The notes under the pieces are model-generated. The model was not told the DNA's origin. It worked only from the letters and a program-made list of their open reading frames with translations, and ran no database searches. Source: the human T2T-CHM13v2.0 reference genome, Homo sapiens. Taken from it: DNA of 64,000 nucleotides. The DNA is taken from positions 2,272,001 to 2,336,000 of the forward strand of contig CP068257.2 in the NCBI GenBank assembly GCA_009914755.4. The letters run 5' to 3'. Made by a program: the position numbers and the translations under genes. Positions 39,379 through 54,319 of the stretch are shown here, one piece after another; within the stretch, counting starts at the first letter, position 1, and every line of letters starts with the position of its first letter.

Positions 39379-42125
39379 ACACAATCTGCGATATTGTTTG
39401 TAGTATCCAGTGGGAAAGAGCATGCTATTACTCCCCATATCACAGGGGGTGTACACCCCCACTGTGATATATTCAATAACATCCAGAAGTAATATTACTG
39501 ACAAAATTGCAGGGGGTGTAAACCCCACCTGTGATACCATTCCTAATATCCCGGGGAAGAGAGGATGATATTATTCCCAATATTGCAGGGGGTGTACACC
39601 CACCCTATGATATTGTTATTAATACCCAGGAGGGGAGACAATGGTATTACTCACAGTATCAAAGAGGTTGTACAGCCCCCCTGTGATAGTTTCTAATATG
39701 CAGGGGGTGTATACCACCCTTGTGATATTGTTTCTAATATGTAGGGGGAAGGACAATGATATTACTGTCCGTATCACAGGGGGTGTACAACAAGCCCCCC
39801 GGGATATCATTCCTAATATCCATGGGAAGAAAGAATATTATAATATCACAGAAGTTGTAAACCCCCTCTGTGATATTGTTCCTAATATCAAAGACAGAAG
39901 GGTATGATGTTCTTCCCAAAATCACAGGAAGTGTATACACACCCTGTGCTATTTTTCCTAATATCGAGAGTGAGAGACAATGATACTTCCAATATCGTAA
40001 GGAGTGTACACTCTCCCCGTGATACCAGGTGGGGAAATGTTGATATTACTCCAAATGTCACAGTGGGTGTACACACGTTTTGCGATATTGTTCCTAATAT
40101 CAAGTGGGGAGGAGGATTGTATTACTCCCACCATATTACTCCCCACACCCCATTATACTGTTCTTAATATCCAGATTTGGAGAGGATGATATTACTCCCA
40201 AAATCTCAGGATGTGTAGACCCCTTCTGTGATACTGTTTCTTATATCCAGGGGAAGACTAGATGATAGTACTCCCAACAGTGCAGGGTGTTACACGCCAC
40301 CCCCCATGATATTGTCTCTAATATCAAGTTGGGGAGAGGGTGATATTGCTCCAAATAGTGTAAAGGGTGCACACCAGCACTGTGATATTATTCCTAGTAT
40401 CCAGAGAAGGAGAGAATGGTATTATTTTTAATATCACAGAGGGTGCACACCCCCCTTGTGATACTGCTCCTAACATCCAAGGGGTAGAGGATGAAATTAC
40501 TCCCAATATCACAGTGGGTATACACCCCCCCCGTGGTATTGTTCCTAATATCCAGGGGGTATAGGACGATAGTACTATAAATATCGCAAGGGGTGTACAC
40601 CCCTTCTGATATTGTTACTAATATCCGTGGGGGGAGTTGATGATATTACTTCCAATATCACAGGGCATGTACACCCCCCTTGTGATATTGTTCCTAATAT
40701 CCTGGGAGGAGACTACGATATTACTGGCAATATCGCAGGGTGTGTGCATTCCCGTGATATTGTTCCTAATGTCCAGCAAGGGAGAAAATATTACTCCCAA
40801 TATGGCGGGGGTGTACACTTCCCATGCGATATCGTTCCTAATATCCATGGGGGAAAAGGATGATATTACTCTAAATGGCGCAGGAGGTGTAAACCGCCCC
40901 TGTGATATTGTTCTCAATATCCATAGGGGGAGAGAATGATATTACTCCCAATATCACAGGTGGTGTACACCCCTCCTTTTATATTATTCCTAATATCCAG
41001 GTTGGGAGAGAATAATATTACAGGTAAAATAGCAGGGGGTGTACACTCTGCCTGTGATATTGTTCCTAATATCCCAGGGAAGAGTGGACAATATTACTCT
41101 CAATATTGCAGGATGTGTACACCCCCTTTGTGATATTGTTCCTAATATCCATAGGCGGAGAGGGTGATACCACTCCCAATAGTGCAGAAAAGGTACAGCC
41201 CCGCTGTGATATCATTCCTAATATCCAGAGGGGACAGGATGATATTACTCCCAATATCAGAGAGGGCATACACCCCCTCCCCATGATATTGTTCATAATA
41301 CCCAGGGGGTAGAGGATGATATTACTCCCAATATCGCAGTGGGTGTACACCCACCCTGTGATATTGTTCCCAATATCCATGTGGAAAGGGTATAAAGTTA
41401 CTCCCAATATCACAGGGGTTGTACAACCCCCTTGTGATATTGTTCCTTATATTCGGGGGAGAGACAATGATATAGCTGTCCATATTGCAGATGGTGTACC
41501 ACCCCCTGGGAATTTGTTCCTAATATTCAGTGGGAAAGATGATATTAATTAAAATGTCACGGGGGGTATACAACCCCTTTGTGATATTATTCCTAATATC
41601 CAGGGAAAGAAAGAATATTATTCCCAATATCGCAGGGGATGTACACCCCTCTCTGATACTCTTTCTAATATCCCTTTGGGGAGTCTATAATATTACTGGC
41701 AATATCATAAGGAGTGTATACCCCCCGTTATATTGTTCCTTATGTCCAGCAAGGGAGAAAATATTAATCCCAATATGGAACAGGGTGTACACACCCATGA
41801 GGTATTGTTCCTAATATCCAGGGAGGGAAAGGATGATATTACTCCCAATGTTGCAGTGGTGTATAACCCCCCGTGATATTGTTCCTAATATCTAGGTGAG
41901 GAAAGTACAGTATTACTCCCAATATAGCAGGGGTTGTACACCACCTTTGTGATATTGTTCTACATATCCATGGGGAAAGAAAATGATAGTACTCCACAAT
42001 ATCACAGGTGGTGTACAACCCCTTGTGATACTGTTTCTAATATCCATGTTGGGGGAGGATATTACTCCCAATATTGCACGTGTTGCACAGACCCCCTTTG
42101 ATATTGCTTGTACTATGCAGGGTGT
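39379..42125 (+). repeat. Satellite block A2: orientation A, about 38 units
   Basis: Orientation flips at the palindromic core ttgtacacaa near 39376-39383. After that, units read ctGTGATATTGTTCCTAATATCCAGGGG...GATATTACTCCCAATATCACAGGGGGTGTACACCCC, for example 40880-40955. Confidence 0.9.
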
Positions 42126-42262
42126 GGGGGGAGAGGATGATATTGGGAGTAATATCACCTTCTCTCCCCGGATAGTAAAAGCAATATTCAGGGTGGTCGA
42201 CACTTCCTGCACTATTGAGTATAATATCCTCTCCCAACCTGGATATTAGGAACAATATCACA
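42126..42262 (-). repeat. Satellite block B3: terminal inverted units
   Basis: gatattgggagtaatatcaccttctctccccggatagtaaaagcaatattcag...cctggatattaggaacaatatcacaggggcatgtacac. It abuts an L1 at 42262. Confidence 0.75.
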
Positions 42263-42626
42263 GGGGCATGTACACTTCCTTCCTTTCACTATATACAAAA
42301 ATCAACTCAAGATGGATGAAGGACTTATGTAAGACCCAAAACTATATAAACCCTAGAAGAAAACTTAGGAAATATCATTCTGGACATAGACGCAGGCAAA
42401 TATTTCATGATGAAGATTCCAAAGCAATTGCAACAAGAAGAATTGACGAGTGGGACCTAATGAAACTAAAGAGCTTCAGCACAGCAAAAGAAACTATCAA
42501 CAGAGAACACCCTACAGAACAGAAGAAAATATTTTCAAATTGCATATCTGAAAAAGGTCTAATACTTAGCATGTATAAAGAATCAATAAGCAAAAAACAA
42601 ACCCACTACAAATAGGCAAAGAACAT
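42262..42626 (+). mobile_element. L1 (L1M/L1PB-type) ORF2 fragment, part 1
   Basis: ORF 42268..42615 reads [12 protein letters not shown]...KLRKYHSGHRRRQIFHDEDSKAIATRRIDEWDLMKLKSFSTAKETINR..PTEQKKIFSNCISEKGLI..MYKESISKKQT, matching L1 ORF2 ...[22 protein letters not shown]...[67 protein letters not shown]. Confidence 0.85.
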
Positions 42627-42740
42627 GAGCCCCCACATTCACCATCCTCAAGTCCATGTGCAACTTCTTTCTGGATGCTGGACAAGGACTTGGGTACCAA
42701 GAGGGCACTGAACGGGTTAACACTTAAGCCGTCTGTGGAT
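42627..42740. repeat. 110-bp segment duplicated at 43352-43460
   Basis: cccccacattcaccatcctcaagtccatgtgcaacttctttctggatgctggacaaggacttgggtaccaagagggcactgaacgggttaacacttaagccgtctgtggat matches cccccacattcaccatcctcaagtctgtgtgcaacttaattctttctggatgctggacaaggaactgggtaccaagagggcactgaacaggttaacacttaaaccgtctgtggat. It interrupts the L1 reading between DMNRH and FSKEDI. Confidence 0.8.
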
Positions 42741-42935
42741 TCTATTTTCAAAAGACAACGTATGTATGGCAAACAACCATATGAAAAAATACTCAACATC
42801 ACTAATCATCAGAAAATCAGAACCATGAGATACCATATCACACCGGCCAGAATGGTTATTATTAAAAAATCAAAATATAACAGACGGTGCCGAGTTTGTG
42901 GAAAAAAGGGAATGCTTATACACTGCTGGTGGTGA
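42741..42935 (+). mobile_element. L1 ORF2 fragment, part 2
   Basis: FSKEDI..MANNHMKKYSTSLIIRKSEP.DTISHRPEWLLLKNQNITDGAEFVEKRECLYTAGG in shifted frames, corresponding to L1 [51 protein letters not shown]. Confidence 0.8.
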
Positions 42936-43677
42936 TATAGAAAGGAGACAGGGAAATACTGGGTAGAAGAGAGTGGTTCCCTGGCAAAGCCCTGCCCACA
43001 AGCCTGGAAACCCATGGTCCTAAATGGGAACAGGCATTCCTGCTTTTGCACCCAAAAGTTGTCTTTCAGCTCACCATGCAACCCCTGTCCTGTACCCATA
43101 TATGCCCCAGACCCCAGGCTCCAGAAGCAGACAAGCAGATGAGGAGATGAACAGAAGAGCAGAATTGCAGAATGATGTGGCAGAAAGAAGAGAAGGAGCA
43201 TCTGAATGCCAAGAGGAGTTTGGCTGGCAGTGGTTGGAGAGATCAGCCTCTGGATGGCAAAGCTCCCAGGGAAGATCATCTTCCCATTCCATCCCCTTTC
43301 CAGCTCCCCATCCATCCCATTGACTGCCACCTCCACCACTCAATAAAACCCCCACATTCACCATCCTCAAGTCTGTGTGCAACTTAATTCTTTCTGGATG
43401 CTGGACAAGGAACTGGGTACCAAGAGGGCACTGAACAGGTTAACACTTAAACCGTCTGTGGATGGCAAAGCTAAAAGAGTGCACTGTAACACATGCCCAC
43501 TTGGGCTGTGGGAGTCGCAGGAACCCACCCCTAAGACAGTACCATGGCCACTTGCCCTGCCTATTGCAACTGCCTGTCTGCATGCTCCCCTGCCCAGTAA
43601 GGGGTTTGACAGCAAACACGGTGGCCAGACAAGCCACACCCCTGTTGCACATCCTGCCAAGGGGAGTCAGGGAAGTC
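42936..43677. mobile_element. About 740-bp non-L1 insertion with TG...CA termini and an internal AATAAA; probable solo LTR (family unassigned)
   Basis: It begins TGATATAGAAAGG directly after L1 ...cactgctggtgg and ends ...GTTTCATCAG directly before L1 ggaatgtaaatttgttcagccattgtgg (WECKFVQPLW). It contains ccactcaataaaa at about 43330-43345. The 110-bp element at 43352-43460 is repeated upstream at 42627-42740. Confidence 0.4.
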
Positions 43678-44305
43678 TCCAGTTTCATCAGGAATGTAAA
43701 TTTGTTCAGCCATTGTGGAAAGCAGTTTGGAGATTTCTGAAATAACTTAAAACAGAACTACCATTCAACCCAGCAATCCCATTATTGGGTATATACCCAA
43801 AGGAATATAAATCATTCTGTCATAGACATATGCACGCATATTTTCATTATAACACTATTCACAATAGCAAAGACACGGAATCAACTTAGATGCCTGTTAA
43901 CAGAAGACTGGATTAAAAAAATGCAGCGTACATACACCATGGAATACTACACACCTATAAAATAGGATGAAATGATGTCTTTTGCAGCAACATGAATGGA
44001 GCTGGAGACCATTATTCTAAGTGAATTAATGCAGGAACAGAAAACCAAACAAACACTGCATGTTCTCACTTATAAGTGGGGGCTAAACATTGAGTCCACA
44101 TGGACACAGAGAAAGGAACAATAGACACAAGGTCTACTGTGGGTGGAGGGTGGGGGGGAGAGTGAGGATCAAAAAACTCCCTATTAGATACTACGTTCAC
44201 TACCTGGATGACTACCTAATCTGTACACCAAATCCCATTGACACACATTTTACCCATATAATAAACCTGCACATGTACCCGCTGAACCTAAAATAAATGT
44301 TGGAA
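43678..44305 (+). mobile_element. L1 ORF2 C-terminus and 3'UTR, part 3
   Basis: ECKFVQPLWKAVWRFLK.LKTELPFNPAIPLLGIYPKEYKSF..., then the L1 3'UTR ending ...ctgtacaccaaatcccattgacacacattttacccatataataaacctgcacatgtacccgctgaacctaaaataaat. Confidence 0.85.
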
Positions 44306-46147
44306 GGAAATAAAGTTACAACCAACTCTTGTACTATTGTGAGGAAACAATCATATGAGTTGACAAAAAAATCAGCTACTAATAGATTTATAATAGTATA
44401 TATGTAGCAGAAAAATATCAGATATAACTTATATACCCAAAAGTATGACTTAAAAACAGCATGACAATCTTTATGATGGGATATTGTGCAACTACTAGAA
44501 GCACATTTTCAGAGATTATTTATTAACATATGATAATGACTACATTGAGTGGTTTTTAGAAGCATGAATTGAAACCATGTATAAGCATGAATTTATTGAA
44601 CTTATATATAACATTACACACACATTTACATAATTATAAAATAAGTATGCTCATGTTCATAATATGTATTTATTTATATTCATATGTAAGGCCAATAGGA
44701 AGTAATCTCTGTATCTGAGTTATTATTTCATAAATAATTTATGCTTGTTCTGTGAAAATACAAACACTGCTATGGATCTTCCAAGTATCCTGAAAGGATA
44801 CCGTTTATAATTAAACAATAACAATTTTAGAAATAATTATTTTAAATAAGGCTATGATAAATCTGGTTTCATTGCACACTTTAACTTTGGAACATTTCAT
44901 GAAGCGTCCCTTGATCACGACTCTCATATTCAGGAGTTTTTTGAGATCAAAATGGGACAATCAGTATGAATCTATTTTTTAGACATGCAAATGGATAACT
45001 TTAAATAGCAGTAGCGATATAATCAGAGTGCACAGTTGCTCTGGGACAAAACTTGGAAATGAGCATATTTTTAGATTCTTAAAGTTTTACACACTTTAGC
45101 ATTCCATAGCACCATTACATACTCATTTTTCTACTAGAATACCTTGGTAAAAATTCACAGTAGAGATCAGGCTTGTCCTTCATACATTAACTAATCAAGT
45201 AGGAAACTGCAAATGAGAACACAGTGCCAAACATAGGCACCACATGGAAACAAGCATGGAACTGCCAGGAAGCCATTTTTGTAGCTTTGTAGCCCAATTA
45301 TATTTTTCCTAATGTATTGCACACAAAACTTGGGGGAAAAAAAAGAGGCAGAGAGAAAACAGGTTATATCAGCCCTATCTCACAATCCACAAGTTCATCC
45401 TATTAGAGGAGTAACTATGTAAAACAAATTTTATCTGTTGAATGTCCTATTTAGTTAATCGCAAAACTGTATGAGAACACACTTGTGACTTATTTAGCAG
45501 CTTGTTTTTTCGCTTTCCACTGGCTTCACAAATGTCCTTTGGAAATAGAATGTGCATTTGGAACCTTGTACACCTTTTCTTTCTCCAGTACCCTGTTGTC
45601 ACTTCCATCACTAAGGTGACAGAAGCAACTAGGGGCAATGCATTTGTAGCACCCCTGGGTCAGAGGTATCCTCCAGGGGAAGGATCAGACCTGCTTGAAA
45701 GCATGTCGTTGGAATTGGGAGGCTTCTAGTAGCTATAACATAAGCACTGATGTTTACTGTTCCCTGCCCTCCACTTTGATCACTCTGGGAAACGTTTTTT
45801 TTTTAAAAATCAATTGTATTGAAACATAATTTACATAAAATAAATACTATTTTAAAGTGCACAGTTTGCTGAGTTTTGCCAGATGTAACCATCCAGGTGA
45901 ATAAAATTGATTAAACTGATCTTTCAAATAATAAATTAACTTTGCAATCTTGCTAGAAATTTAATTTGTTCACAGTTTATTATCCATTCTATGTACTGCT
46001 ACATTCAATTGGTTATTATGTTTTAAGGACTTTTGAGTCTATGTTTATGAGGGATAAACATCAAAGTTGTATAATGCCTTTGTCTCGATTTGGAATCGGC
46101 AATACTGGGTTCATAAAATAAGACAGGAAGTGTCCCTTTAAATTTTC

Positions 46148-46455
<308 letters not shown>

Positions 46456-48113
46456 CCTTAAATTCTATTTCTTAAAAAGAGTCCGTTCAAGATTGATATT
46501 ATAGATATTCCTCAACTTACAATTGTCTTATGTCTTAATGAACTCATCCTAAATTGAAAATATTGTAAGTCTAAAAGGCATTTAATATATTTAACCTACT
46601 GAATATCATGACTTAGCCTCACCTACCTTAAACTTGCTCAGAACACTTACATTATCCTACAATTGGGCAAAATCATCTACCACAAGGCCCATTTTAAAAT
46701 ATTCAGTATCTCATGAAATTTATTGAAAACTATACTGATAGTGAAAAACTGGTCATATTGATGCTCATCATTAATGTACACAGATGAAAGCACCATTATC
46801 AAGTCAGAAGAGCACAAGTCAAACCACTGTAAGTTGAGGATTCTCTGTACTTTCTTAAATGTTTGATAGAATTCACCTAAGAAAGCATGTAGCCTATAAT
46901 TATAGAAATCTTTTTAAATTAAAAAAATTCTTCAATACATAGAGAAGCTATTACTTTTTCTATTTCATTTTGCATCCGTTTTAGGAATTAGTTTTACAAA
47001 TAATTTCCCATGTTATTTTAATTGTCAAATGTATTGGCCTAAAGTTTTCATAATTATATTGATATCTGTAGGTTCTGTAGTTACATCCTCTATTTAATTC
47101 CCATTATCTACATTATGTAGCTTCTCTAATTTTTTTCGAGATAAATCTTGCTAGCCATTGTTTATTAAAAAAATTTTTTTCAAAGAACCAATTTGTGGGT
47201 ATATTAATTAGCTCCAACTTTTGTTATTTGCTATGTTGTTGGTTTACATTTTTATCTTTATCATCTTCCTTCTTCTTAATTTGGATATACTTTGCTCATT
47301 TTTTAGCCTCTTAAAAAAGAACCTAAAGGTCATTGATTGAAGCCTTTTATTTTCAATATATTACATCTATAAATGTACCTTTAAGAAACGATTTATCTGC
47401 ATCCCACATTTTATTAAGTTTTTAAAAAATTTTCTTTCAGTTTAAACTATTTTTTTGTGTGTGAAACTTTTCTTGGCCAATGGGTTTTTCTGAAGTATTT
47501 TGTTTAATGTCCAAATGTTGGGGTGTTATTGTACATATCCTACTGTTGTCCATCTCTGGTTCATGATACAATGCATGTTCTCCATTGCACTTAGATAACA
47601 TGCCTCCATGTCTCTGGAGAATTCCTCAGTCTTTCTAAAATGCTTTTGATGAATACTGGCAGTTATTTTGTAGATTGTCCCTCCTCAATTTCAGTTAGTC
47701 TGATGTTTTCTCACGGTTAGGACTAAAGTTATACATTTTGTCTAAGAATACCATAGAATTGATGTTTTGTCCTACTCAGTGCATCATATAAGAAGTTACA
47801 TGAAGTTCATTTATCTTATTATTAGTAATGTTAACTTTGATCACTTGGGTAAGTTGACATCTCCACTTTGAAGTTACTATTCTATAATTATCTTGTGGGA
47901 AGATACTTTCATATTATGCAAATATGTTCTTTCCCAACATATATTCACCACTAATCTTAGCATCCCTCCAAGGTTCTTTCTTGCAACAATTATTACTATG
48001 ATATTTGCAAAGTGATGATTCTTATATTGTATGTCTCCTACATTTAATGAAATCTTACTGTAATAAAATACTACCCATTCTCAATCTTTGGCTTATTATT
48101 TATGTCAATATGG

Positions 48114-48411
48114 ATTTTTTTTTTTTTTTGAGTTGGAGTCTTGTTTTGTCATCCAGGCTGGTGTGCAATGGTGCGATTTCCGCTCACTGCACTTCCACCT
48201 TCCGGGATTCAAGCCATTCTCCTGCCTCAGTCTCTGGAGTAGCTGGGACTACAGGCATGTGCCACCATGCCCGGCTAATTTTTGTATTTTTAGTAGAGGC
48301 AGGGATTCACCACATTGGTCAGGCTGGTCTCGAACTCCTGACCTCAAGTGACCTGCCCGCCTCTGCCTCTCAAAGTGCTGGGAATACAGGCATGAGCAAC
48401 CGCACCCGGCC
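48114..48411 (-). mobile_element. Alu
   Basis: (t)16 gagttggagtcttgttttgtcatccaggctggtgtgcaatggtgcgatttccgctcactgc ... gggaatacaggcatgagcaaccgcacccggcc. Confidence 0.9.
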
Positions 48412-49745
48412 TGGATTAATTGAAAATTTTCTTCTGTAGATTGTAATATATTACTATTGTTATCTATTTTATTGCCCCAATTTTCTCAAATTTGGCTATG
48501 GAAGTTTATTCAAAGTGGATCTGTTTCCCTTTCACATTTTCCCCATTTTGTGAGCATTTCCTTACTGCCTAACATGACAAAATATTTCAAACTAATCTTG
48601 TATTTTCCCTGCCCAATCCTGATATCAAATATGTCCCCAAGGAGCCTTGGTTCCTTTAATTGGAGAATGGTGTTCTCATTGTTACTGGGATGATGTTGTT
48701 TCTAGGCCCTTTTGTTAGAGGAGCTAGAAAATATATGTATGTATACTCACACATTTATACACATCTGTACTTATTTATACAATTATCCATCTGTACGTAT
48801 ACTAAAAACAATGATTTCATGAAGCTTTTGATCCCAATCCAACACTAGATAAAGACTATATAGGCCCATTTATTTGCAAATCAGCACATAAACATAGAAG
48901 AATTATTAACAATATAAGCTGTAGCTTATGCTAAATGTTGGTAGGAACAGACAATAAGTTATGGAGAACTTCAGAGGACACTAAGGTTGGATGGGATTCT
49001 GGAAGTTGTACAGGTCAATGCCACTCCATCTATTGGCTGAGTTTCACTAGGTTAATACATGAACAACAACAAAAATAACCTAGATCAGAAGTTAAAGATC
49101 ATTTTATTGACTATCTGCCGTGTCTGTGCCATTGCAGTGTACTAGGTGCACTTACGAGTCCTCTACTTACAAACTGCTTTTCACAAAATACGAAACTCCA
49201 GGCAAAGGTTCAAACATACGACGTTTGTTTTTAAAATCTTTCTACAGTCTTGTATCCTTTTTCCTTTCCTTCCTTTTACCCTTTTTAAAATGTGTTATGA
49301 GTTTTATCTTAGACTAACATCATCTGTAATGTTGCTATACACCAGTATTCAGTTGCTGTGTTTGATGAATCATAAAATGGTGTAAAACTTCAATTAGTGT
49401 ACTTTTTAAATAAAGTATCTATGAATGTATCCAGCAAAATGTTTATGATTTGAGTATTCACAAAATATTACTTTTCTCTGGATCTAACAATAATGTGAAA
49501 ACCCAAAATGAATATAAAATATTAGCTAATAATAGATTTCAAAGTATTCTACAAGTATGAAAAATATATGATATTGTTACTTTCATATATGTAAAACATT
49601 AATCATTTTTGTCAACATAAACATCATCTTTACACCTAAACTTGTATTAATTCAATTAAGAGTTAATATAGTATCCTAAAGTCATCAAATATTCAAAAAT
49701 AGGATGTATTCTGACTTGGAATATACATAAAATTAACTATTTTCA

Positions 49746-50113
<368 letters not shown>

Positions 50114-50704
50114 CTAATAATCCTGAGTTTGGTTTTCCTGGTTTTATTTTTTCATTTAGTTTTGTTCACTTTGACCAGTGGGCTGGTGGTTCTTAGGTGC
50201 ACCAAGGTTTTCATTTTTCAGTTCAAGATTTTAAAACCTTAATGTGGTAATTTCTCTAATTTTTTTGACAGTTACGTCCCAGGTTGCAAGTTAAAATAAA
50301 ATTCCCATTTTACTAAAGTCCTTGGTTTATTAATGATTTTATAATGACTTAATATATAATTTAATGAGTAATGAGGGGTACTACATTTCAGAAATCAACA
50401 CTGAAGAACTTATTCATGGAACCAAACACCACCTGTTTCTCAAACACCTATTAAAATAAAAATACATATAAATAATTTTTCAAAATAAAAACTAAAAATA
50501 AAGTGAAAATGAAAAAATATATATCCAGGTTAAAAAAAAAACTACTTCAATTAAACAATAAATACTTTTTGGGGGGACTCAACTCTACTACAAAATTATT
50601 CGTTGTTTATTATAATCAATAATACAGGTAAAAGAATAAGTTTTTAAAAATGGAAAAATTGTAAAAAATAAAACGATATTAACAAATATTGGTATACTGG
50701 TGAA

Positions 50705-51030
50705 GGCCGGGCTCAGTGGCTGCTTTCCAAAGTGGTTACACCAGTCGAGCATGGTGGCACACACCTGTAATCTCAGCACTTCCGGAAGCTGAAGCAGGCA
50801 GATCACTTGAGCTCAGGAGTTTGACACAAACCTGGGCTACATGACAAAGCCCCATTTCTACCAAAAACTGTAAAAATCAGTTGCACATGATAGCATTCAC
50901 CTGTAAGTCCCAGCTACTTAGGAGGCTGAGGTGAGAGGATCACTTGTGCCTGGAAGGTCACAGCTGCACTGGCCATGTCCATGTCACTGCACTCCAGCCT
51001 GGGCAACAGAGCAAGATTTTGTCTGAAAAA
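50705..51030 (+). mobile_element. Alu with about 30-bp internal duplication near the 5' end
   Basis: ggccgggctcagtggctgctttccaaagtggttacaccagtcgagcatggtggcacacacctgtaatctcagcacttccggaagctgaagcaggcagatcacttgagctcaggagtttgac ... ctccagcctgggcaacagagcaagattttgtctgaaaaaaag. Confidence 0.8.
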
Positions 51031-51142
51031 AAGTTGGTGACAATTGGAATAATTGGAACTCACATACATTACTGGTGGGAACATAAAATGGTGTAATCAA
51101 TTTGGGTGTTTTCTTGGTATTTGATTTTTTTAAAAAATCAAG

Positions 51143-51254
51143 ACATTGTTTCCCTATGTTGCCCAGGGTTGTCCTGAACTCCCGAGCTAAGAAAATCCTC
51201 CAAACTCAGTGTCTCAAATACCTGAGATTAAAGGTGTGAGGCACTGTGCCTGAC
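51143..51254 (-). mobile_element. Alu monomer fragment
   Basis: gacattgtttccctatgttgcccagggttgtcctgaactcccgagctaagaaaatcctccaaactcagtgtctcaaatacctgagattaaaggtgtgaggcactgtgcctgacc. Confidence 0.6.
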
Positions 51255-51837
51255 CAGTGTAACCACTTTGAAAAACAACGTGGCAGTTTCTCAAAGACTA
51301 AATGTATAGTAATCACATAATGCAACAATTTCACTCCTGAGTGTAAATCCAAGAGAAATAAAAATATATGTTCACACTAAAACTTACGTACGAGTGTTCA
51401 TAGCAGCCTGACTCATGATGGTGAATACGCAAAAACAACACAAATGTCCATCAACTAATGAATGGATAGACATAAACTATTACTCAGCTACAAAAGGAAA
51501 GAAATCCGGATACACACTATAACATGAAAGATATTTGAAAACATTCTGCTAAGAGAAAAAAAAGCAAATTACAAAAGATCACACATTGTACAATTCTATT
51601 TCTATAAAAGGTCCAGATTAGGCAAAACTACAATGACAGAAAATAAATCAGTGGTTGCCTATGAACATGGGGTATGTAGGAGGTAGCGGCTAAGAGGTGA
51701 GGGTTTCTCACTCATAAGTGGGTAACTCACAAGTGGGTAATCACTTCTAAGAAAGACTGTGGTGATGGATGCACAGCTCCTTGAATATTCTAAAAACCAC
51801 TCAATTGTATACTTTCTTTTTTTATTTAGTTATTTAA

Positions 51838-52128
51838 AGGCAGGGTCTCCTTTTGTCACCCATGCTGTAGTGCAGTGGTGCCATCTGGTCTCACTGCAAC
51901 CTATGGCTTCTGGGCTCAAGTGATCTTCCAGTCTCATGTCCCCAAGTAGTTGGGACTACAGGCATGAGCCACCACACCCAGCTAATTTTTGTATTTTTGC
52001 TAGAGATGCTGTTTTGCCATGTTGCCCAGGCTAGTCGCAAACTCCTGAACACAAGCGATCCACCTGCCTCAGCTGCCCAAAGTCTTAGCGTTATAGGAAT
52101 TAGCCACTGCACCTGGCCTGAATTGCGT
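51838..52128 (-). mobile_element. Alu (old)
   Basis: aaggcagggtctccttttgtcacccatgctgtagtgcagtggtgccatc ... taggaattagccactgcacctggcc. Confidence 0.8.
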
Positions 52129-52190
52129 ACTTTGATAAATGAATTGCATGATACATTAATCATATTTCAATAACGTTATTATTTTAAAAA

Positions 52191-52827
<637 letters not shown>

Positions 52828-53122
52828 TTATCAACTTCTGAGAGTAATCAACATTCAGGAGGAACAGAGAAGAACAAAAGACCACTGAATGGTTGAGGGT
52901 GGATTGTTGGTTAGGTTCAGTGGCCAGCTGAGTAGTATCTGAAAAATTCATTAGTAAAATTATGGCACTAGGGGTGAGTCATGCAGTCGAAGGATGAATA
53001 CTAAATCCAGTACAAACACCCATGGTCTTTCTTTACATGAATTCCAGTGAAAAATTTCTAAGTGCCTAAAATAGCAAGCGGTCTGAAATGATGGCAGCAG
53101 TTTATTAAAGACTGAAAAAAGA

Positions 53123-53434
<312 letters not shown>

Positions 53435-53892
53435 TCAAGAACCACAAGAGAGTTCCACGCTGAAGAAGCTCTGACTCTGCATTTGCTGAACTACTGATTT
53501 GAGTTAGCCAATATAACACTATCTTAGATAAAGTGTACAAACAACTCAATTTCATCTCCTCATTAATAACTGATTGGTCTAATATCAATTCTGATTTTTA
53601 AAAAGCTAATTAGAAAAAGAATTAATTATAGAACCAATAAGAGGTTTGAATAGTTACAAGCTATTCAAAGGAGAATTCAAAAAAACCACTCAGGTATGAG
53701 GCCATAAAGTATGATGAAATAAATTTCATTAATATATTTTAAAATAAACTGATTAGACAGGCAACAACACCTGGGCACGGGTCTCCTCATCTCCAGCAAC
53801 ACAAACCCAATCACGCAGCTATGGGGTTGCAAAGGCTGCATAGTGACAAACAGACTGCTCTGAGCTGAGATTTCTTTACTTTTATCTGTATT

Positions 53893-54170
53893 CTGAGACC
53901 GGGTCTCACTCTGTCACTCTGGCTGCAATGCAGGGGTGCACTCATAGCTAACTGCAGCCGTGACGTCCTGGGCTCCGGGGATCCTCCTGCCTCACCCTCA
54001 ACATAGCTACGGCTACAGATGAACAACAAAACACCCAGCTAATTTTTTTTTTGTAGAAAGAGGAGCCTTGCTATGTTGCCCAAGCTGGCCTCAAACTCCC
54101 GCCCTCAAGAGATCTGCCCACCTCAACAACCTAAGTAACAGGTTCTACAGGAAAATACCACTATGCCGGG
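53893..54170 (-). mobile_element. Alu (old)
   Basis: tctgagaccgggtctcactctgtcactctggctgcaatgcaggggtgcactc ... gaaaataccactatgccggg. Confidence 0.75.
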
Positions 54171-54202
54171 ATAATTATATTTTATTAATTTTTATTTGCA
54201 TA

Positions 54203-54319
54203 GACAGGAGGTCTTGCTGTGTTGCCCAGGGTGGTCTCAAACTCCTGGACTCAAACCATTCTCCCATCTCTGCCTCCCAAAGTGCTGAAGCTACGGGCAT
54301 AAGCCACTGCAGCTGGCCC
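54203..54319 (-). mobile_element. Alu monomer fragment
   Basis: gacaggaggtcttgctgtgttgcccagggtggtctcaaactcctggactcaaaccattctcccatctctgcctcccaaagtgctgaagctacgggcataagccactgcagctggcc. Confidence 0.65.

Noticed and set aside
42809-43339. 176-aa minus-strand ORF and overlapping 99/103/122-aa ORFs at 43024-43745
   Set aside because: They lie inside the LTR-like insert and duplicated 110-bp segment. I recognised no homology. They overlap on both strands and are probably chance ORFs in moderately GC-rich repeat sequence.
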